Shown: positions 40,701 through 49,827 of the stretch, piece after piece
How positions within the stretch are numbered: position 1 is the stretch's first letter
How the letters are laid out: the number at the start of each line of letters is the position of its first letter
Assembly (NCBI GenBank): GCA_965183875.1
Contig: CBCYMK010000028.1
Span: 37,531-101,530 of the forward strand
Direction: 5' to 3'
Length of the DNA stretch: 64,000 bases
Source: Flavobacteriales bacterium
GTDB lineage: Bacteria > Bacteroidota > Bacteroidia > Flavobacteriales > UBA7430
Translations under genes and position numbers: made by a program
Notes under the pieces: generated by a model
Told to the model about the DNA's origin: nothing
Database searches by the model: none
Seen by the model: only the letters and a program-made list of their open reading frames with translations

Positions 40701-41264
40701 ACCACAGATACTATGCAAGTGGAGTTTAGACAGGCTGTACCTGTGGTGCACACAGACGAGCTTTTAAGATGTGAGCTAGATGCAGAAATGTATGTAGAGT
40801 CTTACGGTTTAGAAATAGGTTGGATGCAAATTGCTGGGCCTAGCTTTGCTAATTTCTCAAATCCTTTAGGACAAGAAACCAGTATGTCTGTTTCAGAATA
40901 TGGTGATTATACGCTTGCTTATACGGCCTGTGATACAACAGTAGCATTTAATGTTTTGTTTATGTGCGACCTTGTTGTGCCGAATGTAATTACTGCAAAT
41001 GCAGATGATCTTAACGATGTGTTATTTGTTGAAGGACTTACTCCCGAGTATTATAGCTATGCCAATATGAGTGTTTTTAACCGTTGGGGAGACGAGGTGT
41101 ATAGATCTGGTCACTATGGTTTAGATGGAGATTGGTGGGATGGCCAGTCTAGTCACCAAAATGATGACTTGGCAGAAGGGATTTATTTTTATGTGTTAGA
41201 AGTAGGAAATAAGGTTACCGAAGAAGTAGATGTTTATAAAGGTTCGGTTCACCTATTTAAATAA
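37773..41264 (+). CDS. Large surface protein with proprotein-convertase P-domain and gliding-motility-type (T9SS type B) C-terminal domain
   Basis: 1163-aa ORF with a signal peptide. SprB-like repeat PFTYSWSNGTTNQNLTGVAPGNYILTITDSEGC. P-domain pattern HSYIGDLDVSLTSPNGTLVQLF...NGNWVLTVTDNLLIDNGFICGWNI. C-terminal VPNVITANADDLNDVLFVEGL...FNRWGDEVY...GIYFYVLE. Confidence 0.8.
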   Translation: MKKVLTLLCCVVFGVYSIQAQEVTSCSAGEVGVVVALSFTQDFPAGQVTWDIQDAEGNVFATNPFVYAANFVYTSTEVCLQEGQTYTFNTYDSGNDGWGSGSWYTLGICGGYNTLIDNNGFPPNGSGTTESFTLPIVEDNCFCFRANYEIVSASSSVATDGGAIVTTYGGNAPFTYSWSNGTTNQNLTGVAPGNYILTITDSEGCEVVEIVEVQGASVFMGPYDIDICTGYFYDSGGSNDDFESGEDYVMTICSDDPALSTGLTFFDFDLGGSNWNSCTFTIYDGPNPLAPVLYSFDSPNDPPPGIITASSENVSGCLTVHFTSPFGLEHDGWFAEINCQFPCQDYEVNILSSDEIDAENVIDVCYELELEVETNYFENNTFYEQSDVTTSFDWTFIDGDIVQSGQQVSQVYDADTESELTLVVTDINGCFQNFNFTVINDHPEVLTSIIPPTETEVCPGTEIEAYSGLYAGTDSFISTFFVPIVWPVLEEQVEVGVDFAEPIYLPDGLESYTSILEITAYEDGSVLDGNDFTEVCIEIEHSYIGDLDVSLTSPNGTLVQLFDQSGGGTWLGDAIDNNSEEIAGECWEYCWSVTPDFGTFSNENGNTMTAPINGGNSMIPGAYTPSGNFSDFAGSDANGNWVLTVTDNLLIDNGFICGWNIAMSIQDEENGGDPIVVDSLVPTILSYNWFCDEEPSSVVMYDSTMVLVQPTTSGEHNYVMTILDSYGCEYTEEFMVDVYGTPILSDDAVIACEDNFLLEATDVPPGGGIWSVVDSPAGSTVTFDPDNSSLTPTIVVSETGDYEFEFTEFTCGASNDVALDFAVVYPIIETPEDLICSLENTLVVDNPSNNTGLWTIATGDSIQILTDSTLSTINVLAPDFGSYTMTYTIDFCEGSDSVEVNFITVDPVISPPGVQICAFEVDFELDNPSPTGGMWGVVSQPNHTSVEYSNLAADGVSIEVSQFGAYEVAFVIAGCNTTDTMQVEFRQAVPVVHTDELLRCELDAEMYVESYGLEIGWMQIAGPSFANFSNPLGQETSMSVSEYGDYTLAYTACDTTVAFNVLFMCDLVVPNVITANADDLNDVLFVEGLTPEYYSYANMSVFNRWGDEVYRSGHYGLDGDWWDGQSSHQNDDLAEGIYFYVLEVGNKVTEEVDVYKGSVHLFK

Positions 41265-41285
41265 CGATTAGCATTTAATAGATAT

Positions 41286-41318
41286 AAAAAAAGGGACTCG
41301 TTTTGAGTCCCTTTTTTT
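41286..41318 (+). terminator. Rho-independent terminator of the 1163-aa surface protein gene
   Basis: Stem gggactc/gagtccc, loop gtttt, T7 run. An A7 run upstream makes it formally bidirectional. Confidence 0.8.
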
Positions 41319-41326
41319 GTCTTATT

Positions 41327-41371
41327 TCAAAAGAGTCAAAAGAGTCAAAAGAGTCAAAAGAGTCAAAAGAG
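41327..41371. repeat. 9-bp microsatellite (tcaaaagag) x5
   Basis: Five perfect head-to-tail copies at the start of unit A. Only two copies (41644-41661) sit at the start of unit B. Confidence 0.95.
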
Positions 41372-41643
41372 TCTTTCTGTCAGGCGGTCTTTTAAAGACT
41401 GAAGTCTATTAGTTGTTGGTTTCTCGTTGTTGGTGGTTTTGTCACACTGATTTTGTCGAAAAATATCAGTAGATAAAGAGCCTGATACCTGTTTTTTCTA
41501 CTCCCTAACTCTGACTCCTTTTTTAAATCTTCTGAACTTTCTTTTAAAAAAATGACACAGAGTTTCACTGAGAAAATTGAGCTACACAGAGGTTTTTATT
41601 TTTTTGAATTATGTATCCTTACTCCTGTATCCTATCTTTATTG
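41327..41643. repeat. Non-coding tandem unit A (~317 bp)
   Basis: Collinear with 41644-41950 over nearly its whole length. Shared blocks include tctttctgt, attagttgttggtttctc, agataaagagcctga, cctgttttttctactccctaactc, ccttttttaaatcttctgaactttcttttaaaaaaatgacacagagttt and acacagagg. Confidence 0.85.
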
Positions 41644-41950
41644 TCAAAAGAGTCAAAAGAGTCTTTCTGTTAAATAGCCTTTTAAATACTGGTTGTATTA
41701 GTTGTTGGTTTCTCTTTGTTGGTGTTTTTGTGGCACTGAGACTGTAGAAAAGCCTCAGCAGATAAAGAGCCTGACACCTGTTTTTTCTACTCCCTAACTC
41801 CTTAATTCTTATTCCTTTTTTAAATCTTCTGAACTTTCTTTTAAAAAAATGACACAGAGTTTAATTGTGCAAATTGAGTTACACAGAGGGTTTTATTTTT
41901 CTGACTACTGACTACTGACTACTGTGTCCTTCTTACTCCTTTAACTTCTA
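41644..41950. repeat. Non-coding tandem unit B (~307 bp)
   Basis: Second copy of unit A, roughly four-fifths identical by eye, with small indels. Confidence 0.85.
41901..41924. repeat. 7-bp microsatellite (ctgacta) x3.4
   Basis: ctgactactgactactgactactg, near the end of unit B. Absent from unit A. Confidence 0.9.
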
Positions 41951-41952
41951 TC

Positions 41953-42540
41953 TTAAACCTTCATCATTCTGGCAACATATTTTCCAATAATATCGAACTC
42001 CAAGTTTACAGTATCGCCTTGTTTAAGGTTTTTGAAACATGTATTCTCATATGTATAAGGAATTATACAAACAGAAAATCCATTTTCTCTGGAATTTACC
42101 ACAGTCAAACTAGTACCATTTACTGTAATAGACCCCTTTTCTACGGTAACTTCTGAAACTGATTTTTTATCGTATTCAAAACTAAAAACCCAGCTTCCAT
42201 CTTCTGTTTTTATGTTGGTACAGACCGCTGTTTTATCTATATGGCCTTGAACAATATGTCCATCTAAGCGTCCACCCATTTTCATACAGCGTTCTAGATT
42301 TACTACATCAGCAATTGCTATATTACCAAGGTTGGTTTTGTTTAAGGTTTCTTGAATAGCTGTTACAGTATAGCTGTTGTCCTTTATAGAGACTACTGTA
42401 AGGCAAACTCCATTATGCGCTACACTTTGATCTATTTTTAATTCTGGAGTCATTGTAGCTTCTATTGTAAAATGAATGTTCCCACCCTCTTTTACAATTT
42501 CTTTTACTTCGCCTAATTCTTCAATAATTCCTGTAAACAT
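41953..42540 (-). CDS. ribE: Riboflavin synthase (alpha chain)
   Basis: The internal start MFTGIIEELGEV was preferred over the track's 42576. Two lumazine-binding repeats (NGVCLTV and NGTSLTV). Confidence 0.9.
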   Translation of the reverse strand: MFTGIIEELGEVKEIVKEGGNIHFTIEATMTPELKIDQSVAHNGVCLTVVSIKDNSYTVTAIQETLNKTNLGNIAIADVVNLERCMKMGGRLDGHIVQGHIDKTAVCTNIKTEDGSWVFSFEYDKKSVSEVTVEKGSITVNGTSLTVVNSRENGFSVCIIPYTYENTCFKNLKQGDTVNLEFDIIGKYVARMMKV

Positions 42541-42632
42541 ATTCGTAGTGTTTTTTTCAAATAGTCTTGCAGTCAAAAAAATAATTGAAGGACATAACTC
42601 CTTCTAACTTCTTTACCTACTTAAGTCCTCAA

Positions 42633-43757
42633 TCAATAATCAATCACCTGTTCTTCCATTACTGCAGGGATTTCTCTATACTCGTATTGCTGCGTTCTAA
42701 GCTGGGGTTCAAATCCAGCTTCTTTAATTGCATCTTGTATGGTAGTAGAGGTGAATCTATGTGGGGCACCTGCGGCAGAAACAACATTTTCCTCAATCAT
42801 TATTGAGCCAAAATCGTTTGCGCCTGCATGTAAACACATTTGTCCAACGGCTTTACCAACGGTTAGCCATGAAGCTTGGATGTTTTTTACGTTTGGGAGC
42901 ATTATTCTAGAAAGAGCAACCATTCTAATGTATTCATCTCCGTCAACATTATTGGTAATTCCTTTTATTCTTTTAAGTAGGGTTCCGTCGTCTTGAAAAG
43001 GCCATGCGATAAATGCAAGGAATCCATTTGCGTCGGTTGGTTTTTCAGATTGAACTTCTCTAATTTTAACTAGATGTTCAAAACGCTCCAAAGTGGTTTC
43101 TATATGACCAAACATCATTGTTGCCGAGGTTGTCAAGTTTAGTTGATGTGCAACACGCATAACATCAAGCCATTCTTGTGCTCCACATTTACCTTTTGAA
43201 ATCATTCTACGTACTCTGTCGTCTAAAATTTCTGCCCCCGCACCTGGTAAGCTATCAAGTCCAGCTTCTATCAAAGCTTCGAGGACTTTCCTGTGTGACT
43301 TCCCGTCTATCTTACTAATATGGGCTATCTCTGGTGGTCCTAAAGCGTGTAGCTTTATGGTAGGGAATCTCTTTTTTATCTGACGAAATATGTCGCAGTA
43401 AAAATCCAAACCTAAGTCTGGGTGATGCCCACCTTGTAAGAGTAGTTGCTCTCCACCGTAGCGAATAGTTTCCTCAATCTTTTGAGTGTACTCATCTATA
43501 GTGGTGGTGTAAGCTTCCTTATGTCCTGGTATTCTAAAGAAATTACAAAACTTACAGTTTGCATTACATACATTAGTGGTGTTGGCATTCCTGTCTATAA
43601 TCCAAGTAACCTTATTGCTAGGTACTTGTTTTTTTCTCAATTCATTTGCCACAAACATTAAGTCTGTGGTAGCTGCATTTTCGAATAGAAAAACGCCTTC
43701 TTTGGCGCTTAAAGATTCAAAATTTATTGCCCTATCTAATAGCTTCTGTGTCTCCAT
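42633..43757 (-). CDS. Radical SAM enzyme of the CofH/MqnC/MqnE family (futalosine menaquinone pathway)
   Basis: 374-aa ORF. CxxxCxxC motif CNANCKFCNF and overall CofH/Mqn-like pattern. MqnC and MqnE cannot be told apart by eye. Confidence 0.8.
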   Translation of the reverse strand: METQKLLDRAINFESLSAKEGVFLFENAATTDLMFVANELRKKQVPSNKVTWIIDRNANTTNVCNANCKFCNFFRIPGHKEAYTTTIDEYTQKIEETIRYGGEQLLLQGGHHPDLGLDFYCDIFRQIKKRFPTIKLHALGPPEIAHISKIDGKSHRKVLEALIEAGLDSLPGAGAEILDDRVRRMISKGKCGAQEWLDVMRVAHQLNLTTSATMMFGHIETTLERFEHLVKIREVQSEKPTDANGFLAFIAWPFQDDGTLLKRIKGITNNVDGDEYIRMVALSRIMLPNVKNIQASWLTVGKAVGQMCLHAGANDFGSIMIEENVVSAAGAPHRFTSTTIQDAIKEAGFEPQLRTQQYEYREIPAVMEEQVIDY

Positions 43758-43794
43758 TAAAATGCCTATTTTTACAGCTCAAAATTAAGAAAAA

Positions 43795-45225
43795 ATGTAC
43801 AGCATTATACATAAAGTTACCGAGCAATCTGCAACAAATCATTTAGTGGTTTTAGGAAGGTCAGATTCTGATTGGTCAAAATTTGGACTAAGTGAGCAAG
43901 AGCAAGAGTTTGTTGCCAAGGAGTTGGCAAACGACCAGTGGTCTATTTCTATAAATCAATATACACGTACGGTTTTTATCGAGTGCTTTAAAGAGCAGAA
44001 ATCCGAGAGTATAAGTTTAGAAAAAGCGAGAGAAAGAGGTGCTGCCCTAGCTAAAAAGTGTAACAACTTAAAGTTAGAGTCTGTTGAGCTTATTTCTGCA
44101 TCAGATAGCGATTTGTCTCTTTTTGTAGCCGAAGGAATGGCGCTGGCTAACTACCAGTTTCTGAAGTATTTTACTGATGCTGAGAAAAAAACAAATTCAT
44201 TAAAATCAATTCTCGTTCAAGCAGAAGAAGAGGCGGTAGTAGATTTAAATGCTCTAGTAGCAGGGACTCTACATGCAAGAGATTTAGTAAACGAGCCTTT
44301 ATCATTTTTAACCGCGCTTAAATTTTCTGAAGAAATGGAGCGTTTAGGTAAGGAGGCTGGCTTTAAAGTGGAAGTTCTACATAAAAAGCAAATTGAATCT
44401 CTTAAAATGGGAGGTTTATTAGCCGTTAATCAAGGAGCTATAGAACCACCAACTTTTAATATACTTACTCATAAACCCGAAAATGCAGTTAATGCTAAGC
44501 CTATTGTTTTAGTAGGAAAGGGGATAGTTTACGATACAGGTGGTTTAAGTTTAAAGCCAACGGCAAATTCCATGGATATCATGAAATGTGATATGGGAGG
44601 TGGAGCTTCTGTTGTAGGAATACTTTATGCAATAGCAAAAGCGAATTTACCCATTCATGTAGTTGGTTTAATTCCAGCTACCGAAAACCGCCCTGGAGGA
44701 AATGCTTATGCACCAGGTGATGTGCTTAATATGATGGACGGTACCACTGTTGAGGTTTTAAACACTGATGCAGAAGGTCGCTTAGTGTTGGCTGATGCTT
44801 TGTGTTATGCGAAGAAGTACGACCCAGAGTTGGTGTTTGATTTTGCTACTTTAACAGGTGCTGCCGTTAGAGCAATAGGACAGTTTGGAATTGTTGCTAT
44901 GGGGACCGCAGAGGACGATATAGTAAGAGATTTAGACGAGAGTGGTCACTATACCTACGAGCGTTTAGCTTTAATGCCTTTCTGGGATGAATATAAAGAT
45001 TTGTTGAAGTCTGATATCGCAGATATGACCAATTTAGGTCCGGCTGAGGCAGGTCAGATTACTGCGGGTAAATTTTTAGAGCACTTTACAAATTACCCTT
45101 GGATGCATCTAGATATCGCTGGTCCTGCTTTCCTTTCTGGCGATGATCACTACCGTTTAAAAGGTGGTACCGGATCTGGTGTGCGTATTTTATTCGATTA
45201 TTTATCGAAACGAAGTAATGGGTAG
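43795..45225 (+). CDS. pepA: Leucyl aminopeptidase (M17)
   Basis: 476-aa ORF. VGKGIVYDTGGLSLKP and NTDAEGRLVLADAL. Confidence 0.88.
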   Translation: MYSIIHKVTEQSATNHLVVLGRSDSDWSKFGLSEQEQEFVAKELANDQWSISINQYTRTVFIECFKEQKSESISLEKARERGAALAKKCNNLKLESVELISASDSDLSLFVAEGMALANYQFLKYFTDAEKKTNSLKSILVQAEEEAVVDLNALVAGTLHARDLVNEPLSFLTALKFSEEMERLGKEAGFKVEVLHKKQIESLKMGGLLAVNQGAIEPPTFNILTHKPENAVNAKPIVLVGKGIVYDTGGLSLKPTANSMDIMKCDMGGGASVVGILYAIAKANLPIHVVGLIPATENRPGGNAYAPGDVLNMMDGTTVEVLNTDAEGRLVLADALCYAKKYDPELVFDFATLTGAAVRAIGQFGIVAMGTAEDDIVRDLDESGHYTYERLALMPFWDEYKDLLKSDIADMTNLGPAEAGQITAGKFLEHFTNYPWMHLDIAGPAFLSGDDHYRLKGGTGSGVRILFDYLSKRSNG

Positions 45226-45297
45226 TTTTTACTGTTTGGGGAATTTAGATACAGCTAAGCCCTCTGCCTTAAATTTTCAACTCTCAATATAGTTAGC

Positions 45298-46389
45298 ATG
45301 AAAAACGAACAATTGCAAAGCCCAAAGAAAATACGATTAGGTATTTCTGTGGGCGATATAAATGGTATTGGCTTAGAGGTGATTATGAAAACCTTTTCCG
45401 ATAGTCGGATTTTGGACTTGTGTACCCCTGTGGTGTATGCCTCTTCAAAGTTTGCAATGGCTTATCAAAAAGCCATGGAAATGAAAGGTTTTAGTTTCAA
45501 TTTTGTTCGCCCAAACGCGAAGTTATTGCCAAAAAAACCAAATTTAATTAGTTGTTGGACCGAAGAGGTGGAGTTGAATTTAGGACAAGAAACTCCTGAA
45601 GGAGGGACTTATGCACTTAAGTCACTTACTGCTGCTGTAGAGGCTTTAAAGAAAGGTGATGTTGATGCTTTAGTTACTGCACCTATTAATAAGCATAATA
45701 TTCAGTCTGAAGAATTTAGCTTCCCAGGTCATACAGAGTATTTAGCGAAAGAATTTGAAGGTGGTGAAGCGCTCATGTTTATGGTGGCCGATTCTTTAAG
45801 AATAGGAGTTGTTACTGGGCATATTCCAATTTCTGATGTTGCTACGTCCATTTCACAAGAGAAAATTACGCATAAAATTGAGCAAATTTACAGTTCGCTA
45901 AAACAGGATTTTAATATTAGAAATCCTAAAATAGCGGTACTCGGATTAAATCCACATAGTGGAGATAAAGGCGTAATTGGAAAAGAGGATGAGGAAGTAA
46001 TAATACCTGCAGTAAAAAAAGCATTCAATTCGGGTAAGTTGGTGTATGGTCCTTATTCAGCAGATGGATTCTTTGCTTCAGATACTTTTAAACAATTTGA
46101 TGCTGTTTTGGCAATGTACCACGATCAAGGTTTAATCCCTTTTAAAACTTTGTCTTTTAATAAAGGAGTAAACTTTACGGCGGGATTGTCTGTTGTTAGG
46201 ACTTCTCCTGATCACGGTACAGCTTACGATTTAGCAGGTAAAAACGAAGCTCAAGAATCGTCTTTCCGCGAAGCGGTATACGCTGCTTGTAGCTTGTATA
46301 GAAATAGAATGGAGTACAAGCAGTTAAATGAAAACTCTTTAGCTGTTTCTCCTAAATCCGCTAAAAAGTGGCATTCGAAATCAAATTAA
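45298..46389 (+). CDS. pdxA: 4-hydroxythreonine-4-phosphate dehydrogenase
   Basis: 363-aa ORF. GHTEYL, LNPHSGDKGVIGKEDEE and SPDHGTAYDLAGK. Confidence 0.9.
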   Translation: MKNEQLQSPKKIRLGISVGDINGIGLEVIMKTFSDSRILDLCTPVVYASSKFAMAYQKAMEMKGFSFNFVRPNAKLLPKKPNLISCWTEEVELNLGQETPEGGTYALKSLTAAVEALKKGDVDALVTAPINKHNIQSEEFSFPGHTEYLAKEFEGGEALMFMVADSLRIGVVTGHIPISDVATSISQEKITHKIEQIYSSLKQDFNIRNPKIAVLGLNPHSGDKGVIGKEDEEVIIPAVKKAFNSGKLVYGPYSADGFFASDTFKQFDAVLAMYHDQGLIPFKTLSFNKGVNFTAGLSVVRTSPDHGTAYDLAGKNEAQESSFREAVYAACSLYRNRMEYKQLNENSLAVSPKSAKKWHSKSN

Positions 46390-46455
46390 AGGCATAAAGT
46401 TAAAATATTGTGATTTTGACATAGAAGTAATAGTTTTATTAACAAAAATTATTTC

Positions 46456-46463
46456 TATCTTTG
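46456..46463 (+). promoter_or_regulatory. Bacteroidetes-type -7 promoter box (TAnnTTTG) for yceD-rpmF
   Basis: tatctttg, 22 nt upstream of ATG 46485. The -33 element is not clear. Confidence 0.4.
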
Positions 46464-46484
46464 CAAACCGAAAAACTAAAAGGA

Positions 46485-47015
46485 ATGAATGTGCTTTCTG
46501 ATTTTATCATACCTCTAATGGGGCTTAAATTAGGCGATCATTCATATGACTTTAAGGTTAACGGAGAGTTCTTTAAAGAGTTTGACAATACTGAATTGGA
46601 AGATGGGACGCTTCAAATCGATTTGATTTTAACGAAAAGATCAAATTTGATGGAGCTTAATTTTCAAGTTAATGGGCTTATCAATAGTCTTTGTGATAAA
46701 TGTGGAGGTGATTTAAACTTACCTTTGGATTATAAGGATATGAGAATTGTGAAATTCTCTCATGAAGACTTTAGTAATACCGACGATGTTCTCATACTTG
46801 GGAACGACGAACATGAATTAGATGTCTCTCATATGGTATACGAAACCATAGCTTTGGCTTTACCTACAAGAAGGGTACACGACGAAGTGGAAAATGGTCA
46901 AGTATGCGACAAAGAAGCATTGTTGAAGATTGAAGAATACTTAGAACAAGACGAAGAAGAAGATGTTGACTCTCGTTGGTCGGCATTAAAAAATTTATTA
47001 ACGGATAAAGAATAA
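46485..47015 (+). CDS. yceD: DUF177/YceD-family protein
   Basis: ATG 46485 (MNVLSDF) was preferred, because the track's TTG start at 46461 lies inside a TATCTTTG -7 box. CDKCGG motif and an acidic tail. Sits immediately upstream of rpmF, as is typical. Confidence 0.75.
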   Translation: MNVLSDFIIPLMGLKLGDHSYDFKVNGEFFKEFDNTELEDGTLQIDLILTKRSNLMELNFQVNGLINSLCDKCGGDLNLPLDYKDMRIVKFSHEDFSNTDDVLILGNDEHELDVSHMVYETIALALPTRRVHDEVENGQVCDKEALLKIEEYLEQDEEEDVDSRWSALKNLLTDKE

Positions 47016-47021
47016 GGCAAA

Positions 47022-47198
47022 ATGGCACATCCTAAACGAAAAATATCGAAGCAAAGACGTGACAAAAGAAGAACTCACTACAAAGCAGTAGCTCCTACTG
47101 TAGCTGTATGTTCTACTACTGGTGAAGCTCACTTATACCACAGAGCTTACTGGCACGAAGGAAAAATGTACTACAAAGGTAACGTAGTTATCGCATAG
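47022..47198 (+). CDS. rpmF: 50S ribosomal protein L32
   Basis: Not in the ORF track because it is too short. Manual translation gives [58 protein letters not shown] (58 aa). Canonical yceD-rpmF-plsX context. Confidence 0.9.
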   Translation: MAHPKRKISKQRRDKRRTHYKAVAPTVAVCSTTGEAHLYHRAYWHEGKMYYKGNVVIA

Positions 47199-47268
47199 TA
47201 TTTGCTGCAGCGTATTTTTTCGCTAAACGCGATTTTTTATCCTGTTTTACTGTACGTACAAAGATTTT

Positions 47269-47319
47269 ATGTAGATTTAGACCCTGTTTCAAGAGGTTTA
47301 AATCTACATTTTTATTTTT
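47269..47319 (+). terminator. Strong hairpin plus U-tract between rpmF and plsX
   Basis: 15-bp stem atgtagatttagacc/ggtttaaatctacat with one G-U pair, an 11-nt loop, then ttttattttt. Ends 17 nt before the plsX ATG. Confidence 0.6.
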
Positions 47320-47326
47320 CAGATAA

Positions 47327-48268
47327 ATGAGAATAGGACTTGATGTAATGGGAGGGGATTTTGCCCCTTCAGCTACTGTAAAAGGTGCAATATTAGCTCA
47401 ACAAGACTTGGCTAAAGGTTCGGTTATCGTATTAATTGGCGATGAATCGAAAATTAAGGCTGAGCTTGAACGAGAAAATATTGCTTTAACTACATTCGAG
47501 ATTATTCATGCTCCAGACCAAATAAGTATGGCTGAGCATCCTACTAAAGCTTTTGTTAAGAAGCCTAAGTCATCTATTTCTGTTGGTTTTCATTCCTTAA
47601 AAGAAGGGGTAATAGACGGATTTGCAAGTGCTGGAAATTCAGGTGCTATGCTAGTAGGTGCGTTTTATACCGTAAAATCTATCACCGGCGTTATTCGACC
47701 TTCAATTACAAGTATTCTTCCAAAAGAAAATGGTGGTCTAGGGCTTATTCTGGATGTTGGTATTAATGCCGATTGTAAGCCAGATGTACTCAATCAATTT
47801 GCTATATTGGGCTCTCTTTACGCTGAGCATGTTCACGGAATTGCTAATCCAAAAGTAGCTTTGCTAAATATAGGCGAAGAAGAAGGGAAAGGTAATTTAT
47901 TGTCTCAAGCAGCATACCACTTAATGAAAGATTCAGAAGATTTTAATTTTGTGGGAAATGTAGAAGGACGTGACTTGTTTAACGATGCAGCAGACGTAAT
48001 CGTTTGCGATGGGTTCACGGGGAATATTGTGCTTAAACAGGCTGAAGCGTTTTATACGCTGACCAAAAAAAGAGGATTGAAAGACGCATATTTCGATCGA
48101 TTTAATTACGAAAATTACGGCGGAACTCCGATATTAGGAGTTAATGGTACCGTAGTCATAGGTCATGGGATTTCTAATGCCAAGGCCATAAAAAATATGC
48201 TTCTGCATACAGCAGAAGTAATTGACGCTAAATTGTCAGAAAAAATTAAAATAGCTTTCCAAGGATGA
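47327..48268 (+). CDS. plsX: Phosphate acyltransferase PlsX
   Basis: 313-aa [16 protein letters not shown] and GFTGNIVLK. Confidence 0.93.
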   Translation: MRIGLDVMGGDFAPSATVKGAILAQQDLAKGSVIVLIGDESKIKAELERENIALTTFEIIHAPDQISMAEHPTKAFVKKPKSSISVGFHSLKEGVIDGFASAGNSGAMLVGAFYTVKSITGVIRPSITSILPKENGGLGLILDVGINADCKPDVLNQFAILGSLYAEHVHGIANPKVALLNIGEEEGKGNLLSQAAYHLMKDSEDFNFVGNVEGRDLFNDAADVIVCDGFTGNIVLKQAEAFYTLTKKRGLKDAYFDRFNYENYGGTPILGVNGTVVIGHGISNAKAIKNMLLHTAEVIDAKLSEKIKIAFQG

Positions 48269-49254
48269 GCAAAATAACTGCAGCTATAACAGGAGTTAAC
48301 GGTTGGACTCCAGAGTATAGGTTAACAAACGAAGAACTATCTACTTTGGTAGATACGAACGATGAATGGATAACTTCTCGTACCGGAATAAAGGAAAGGA
48401 GAATTCTAAAAGGTGAAGGCCTAGGAAGTTCTGATCTCGGTGCCAATGCTATAAATGGCCTCTTGAAAAAGAAAAATATGAAAGCCGAGGAAATCGACTT
48501 GATTATTTGTGCTACTGCTACACCAGATATGCTATTTCCTGCTACTGCCTGTGTGATTGCAGATAAAGTAGGTGCGAAAAATGCTTTTGGTTTCGACTTG
48601 ATGGCCGCTTGTTCTGGTTTCCTTTTTGCCTTAGCAACCGCTTCAAAATACATAGAAACTGGATCTTATAAGAAGATAATTGTTGTAGGTGCCGATAAGA
48701 TGTCTTCTATTGTAGATTATGAAGATCGCCAAACTTGTGTTATTTTTGGTGATGGTGCTGGAGCAGTATTGCTAGAGCCAACAGAAGATGGTCTTGGAAT
48801 TCAAGATTCTATTTTAAAGAGTGATGGTGCTGGCCGAGAATATCTACACATGAAAGGTGGAGGTTCTGTAAAACCATCAACACACGAAACAGTAGATGCT
48901 AAAGATCATTTCATCTACCAAGATGGTCAAACGGTATTCAAATTTGCAGTTACCAATATGGCGGATGTGTCAGCTGAAATAATGGAACGTAATAATTTAA
49001 CCGGTGACGATGTTGCTTGGTTAGTTCCTCATCAAGCCAACAAACGTATTATTGACGCTACTGCACGAAGAATGGGTGTGGGAACAGATAAAGTAATGTT
49101 GAATATCCAGAAATACGGAAATACAACTAACGGAACTATCCCATTGTGTTTATGGGAATGGGAAGATAAATTAAAGAAAGGTGATAACCTGGTTTTAGCT
49201 GCCTTTGGGGGTGGTTTTACATGGGGTTCGATTTACCTTAAGTGGGCATATTAA
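48265..49254 (+). CDS. fabH: Beta-ketoacyl-ACP synthase III
   Basis: 329-aa ORF. Active-site AACSGF, HQAN and GNTTNGTIP. Overlaps plsX by 4 nt. Confidence 0.93.
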   Translation: MSKITAAITGVNGWTPEYRLTNEELSTLVDTNDEWITSRTGIKERRILKGEGLGSSDLGANAINGLLKKKNMKAEEIDLIICATATPDMLFPATACVIADKVGAKNAFGFDLMAACSGFLFALATASKYIETGSYKKIIVVGADKMSSIVDYEDRQTCVIFGDGAGAVLLEPTEDGLGIQDSILKSDGAGREYLHMKGGGSVKPSTHETVDAKDHFIYQDGQTVFKFAVTNMADVSAEIMERNNLTGDDVAWLVPHQANKRIIDATARRMGVGTDKVMLNIQKYGNTTNGTIPLCLWEWEDKLKKGDNLVLAAFGGGFTWGSIYLKWAY

Positions 49255-49281
49255 ACAGAACAAATAACATTAACTATTGTT

Positions 49282-49809
49282 ATGGCATTAGATCTTAAAG
49301 AAATACAAGAACTTATAAAGTTCGTTGCAAAGTCCGGAGCTTCCGAAGTTGATTTGGAAATTGGCGAAATGAAAATTTCAATTAAAACTCCACCTAAAAA
49401 AGGTAGAGGCGATGCACAAGTTGAAACTATTGTACAGCAAATTCCTGTTGCTGCACCTGGTATGGCGCAAATGGCTATGCCAATGGCTGCACCTATTGCA
49501 CAAGCTGTACCTGTAGAGGCTGCACCGGTTGCTACTCCTGCTGCTCCTGCAGCAGATGAAGAGTCAAAATACATTACTATTAAGTCGCCTATGATTGGGA
49601 CTTTCTACCGTAAGCCTTCTCCAGATAAAGATGCTTTTGCATCAGTTGGAGATGAAGTTTCTGTAGGTTCTGTAGTTTGTATTGTTGAAGCAATGAAATT
49701 ATTTAACGAAATTGAATCGGAAGTTTCTGGTAAAATTGTAAAAGTATTGGTAGACGATATGAGTCCTATCGAATACGACCAGCCATTATTTTTGGTAGAT
49801 CCTTCTTAA
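49282..49809 (+). CDS. accB: Acetyl-CoA carboxylase biotin carboxyl carrier protein
   Basis: 175-aa ORF. A/P-rich linker and biotinylation motif EAMKLFNEIE. Confidence 0.92.
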   Translation: MALDLKEIQELIKFVAKSGASEVDLEIGEMKISIKTPPKKGRGDAQVETIVQQIPVAAPGMAQMAMPMAAPIAQAVPVEAAPVATPAAPAADEESKYITIKSPMIGTFYRKPSPDKDAFASVGDEVSVGSVVCIVEAMKLFNEIESEVSGKIVKVLVDDMSPIEYDQPLFLVDPS

Positions 49810-49827
49810 TTTTTACGAACATAAAAG

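Noticed and set aside
41327-41371. Possible CRISPR-like array from the tcaaaagag repeats
   Set aside because: The repeats are 9 bp and directly abutting, with no spacers, and there are no cas genes in the window. This is a microsatellite.
41552-41910. Small ORFs starting at ATG 41552 (MTQSFTEKIELHRG...) and ATG 41849 (MTQSLIVQIELHRGFYFSDY) within the tandem units
   Set aside because: Differences between the two copies are mostly non-synonymous (F/L, T/I, E/V, K/Q). The two ORFs end at different places. This does not look like purifying selection on a peptide.
42585-42996. Plus-strand ORFs 42585-42806 and 42739-42996
   Set aside because: They are antisense to the radical SAM gene or span the ribE upstream region, with no supporting features.
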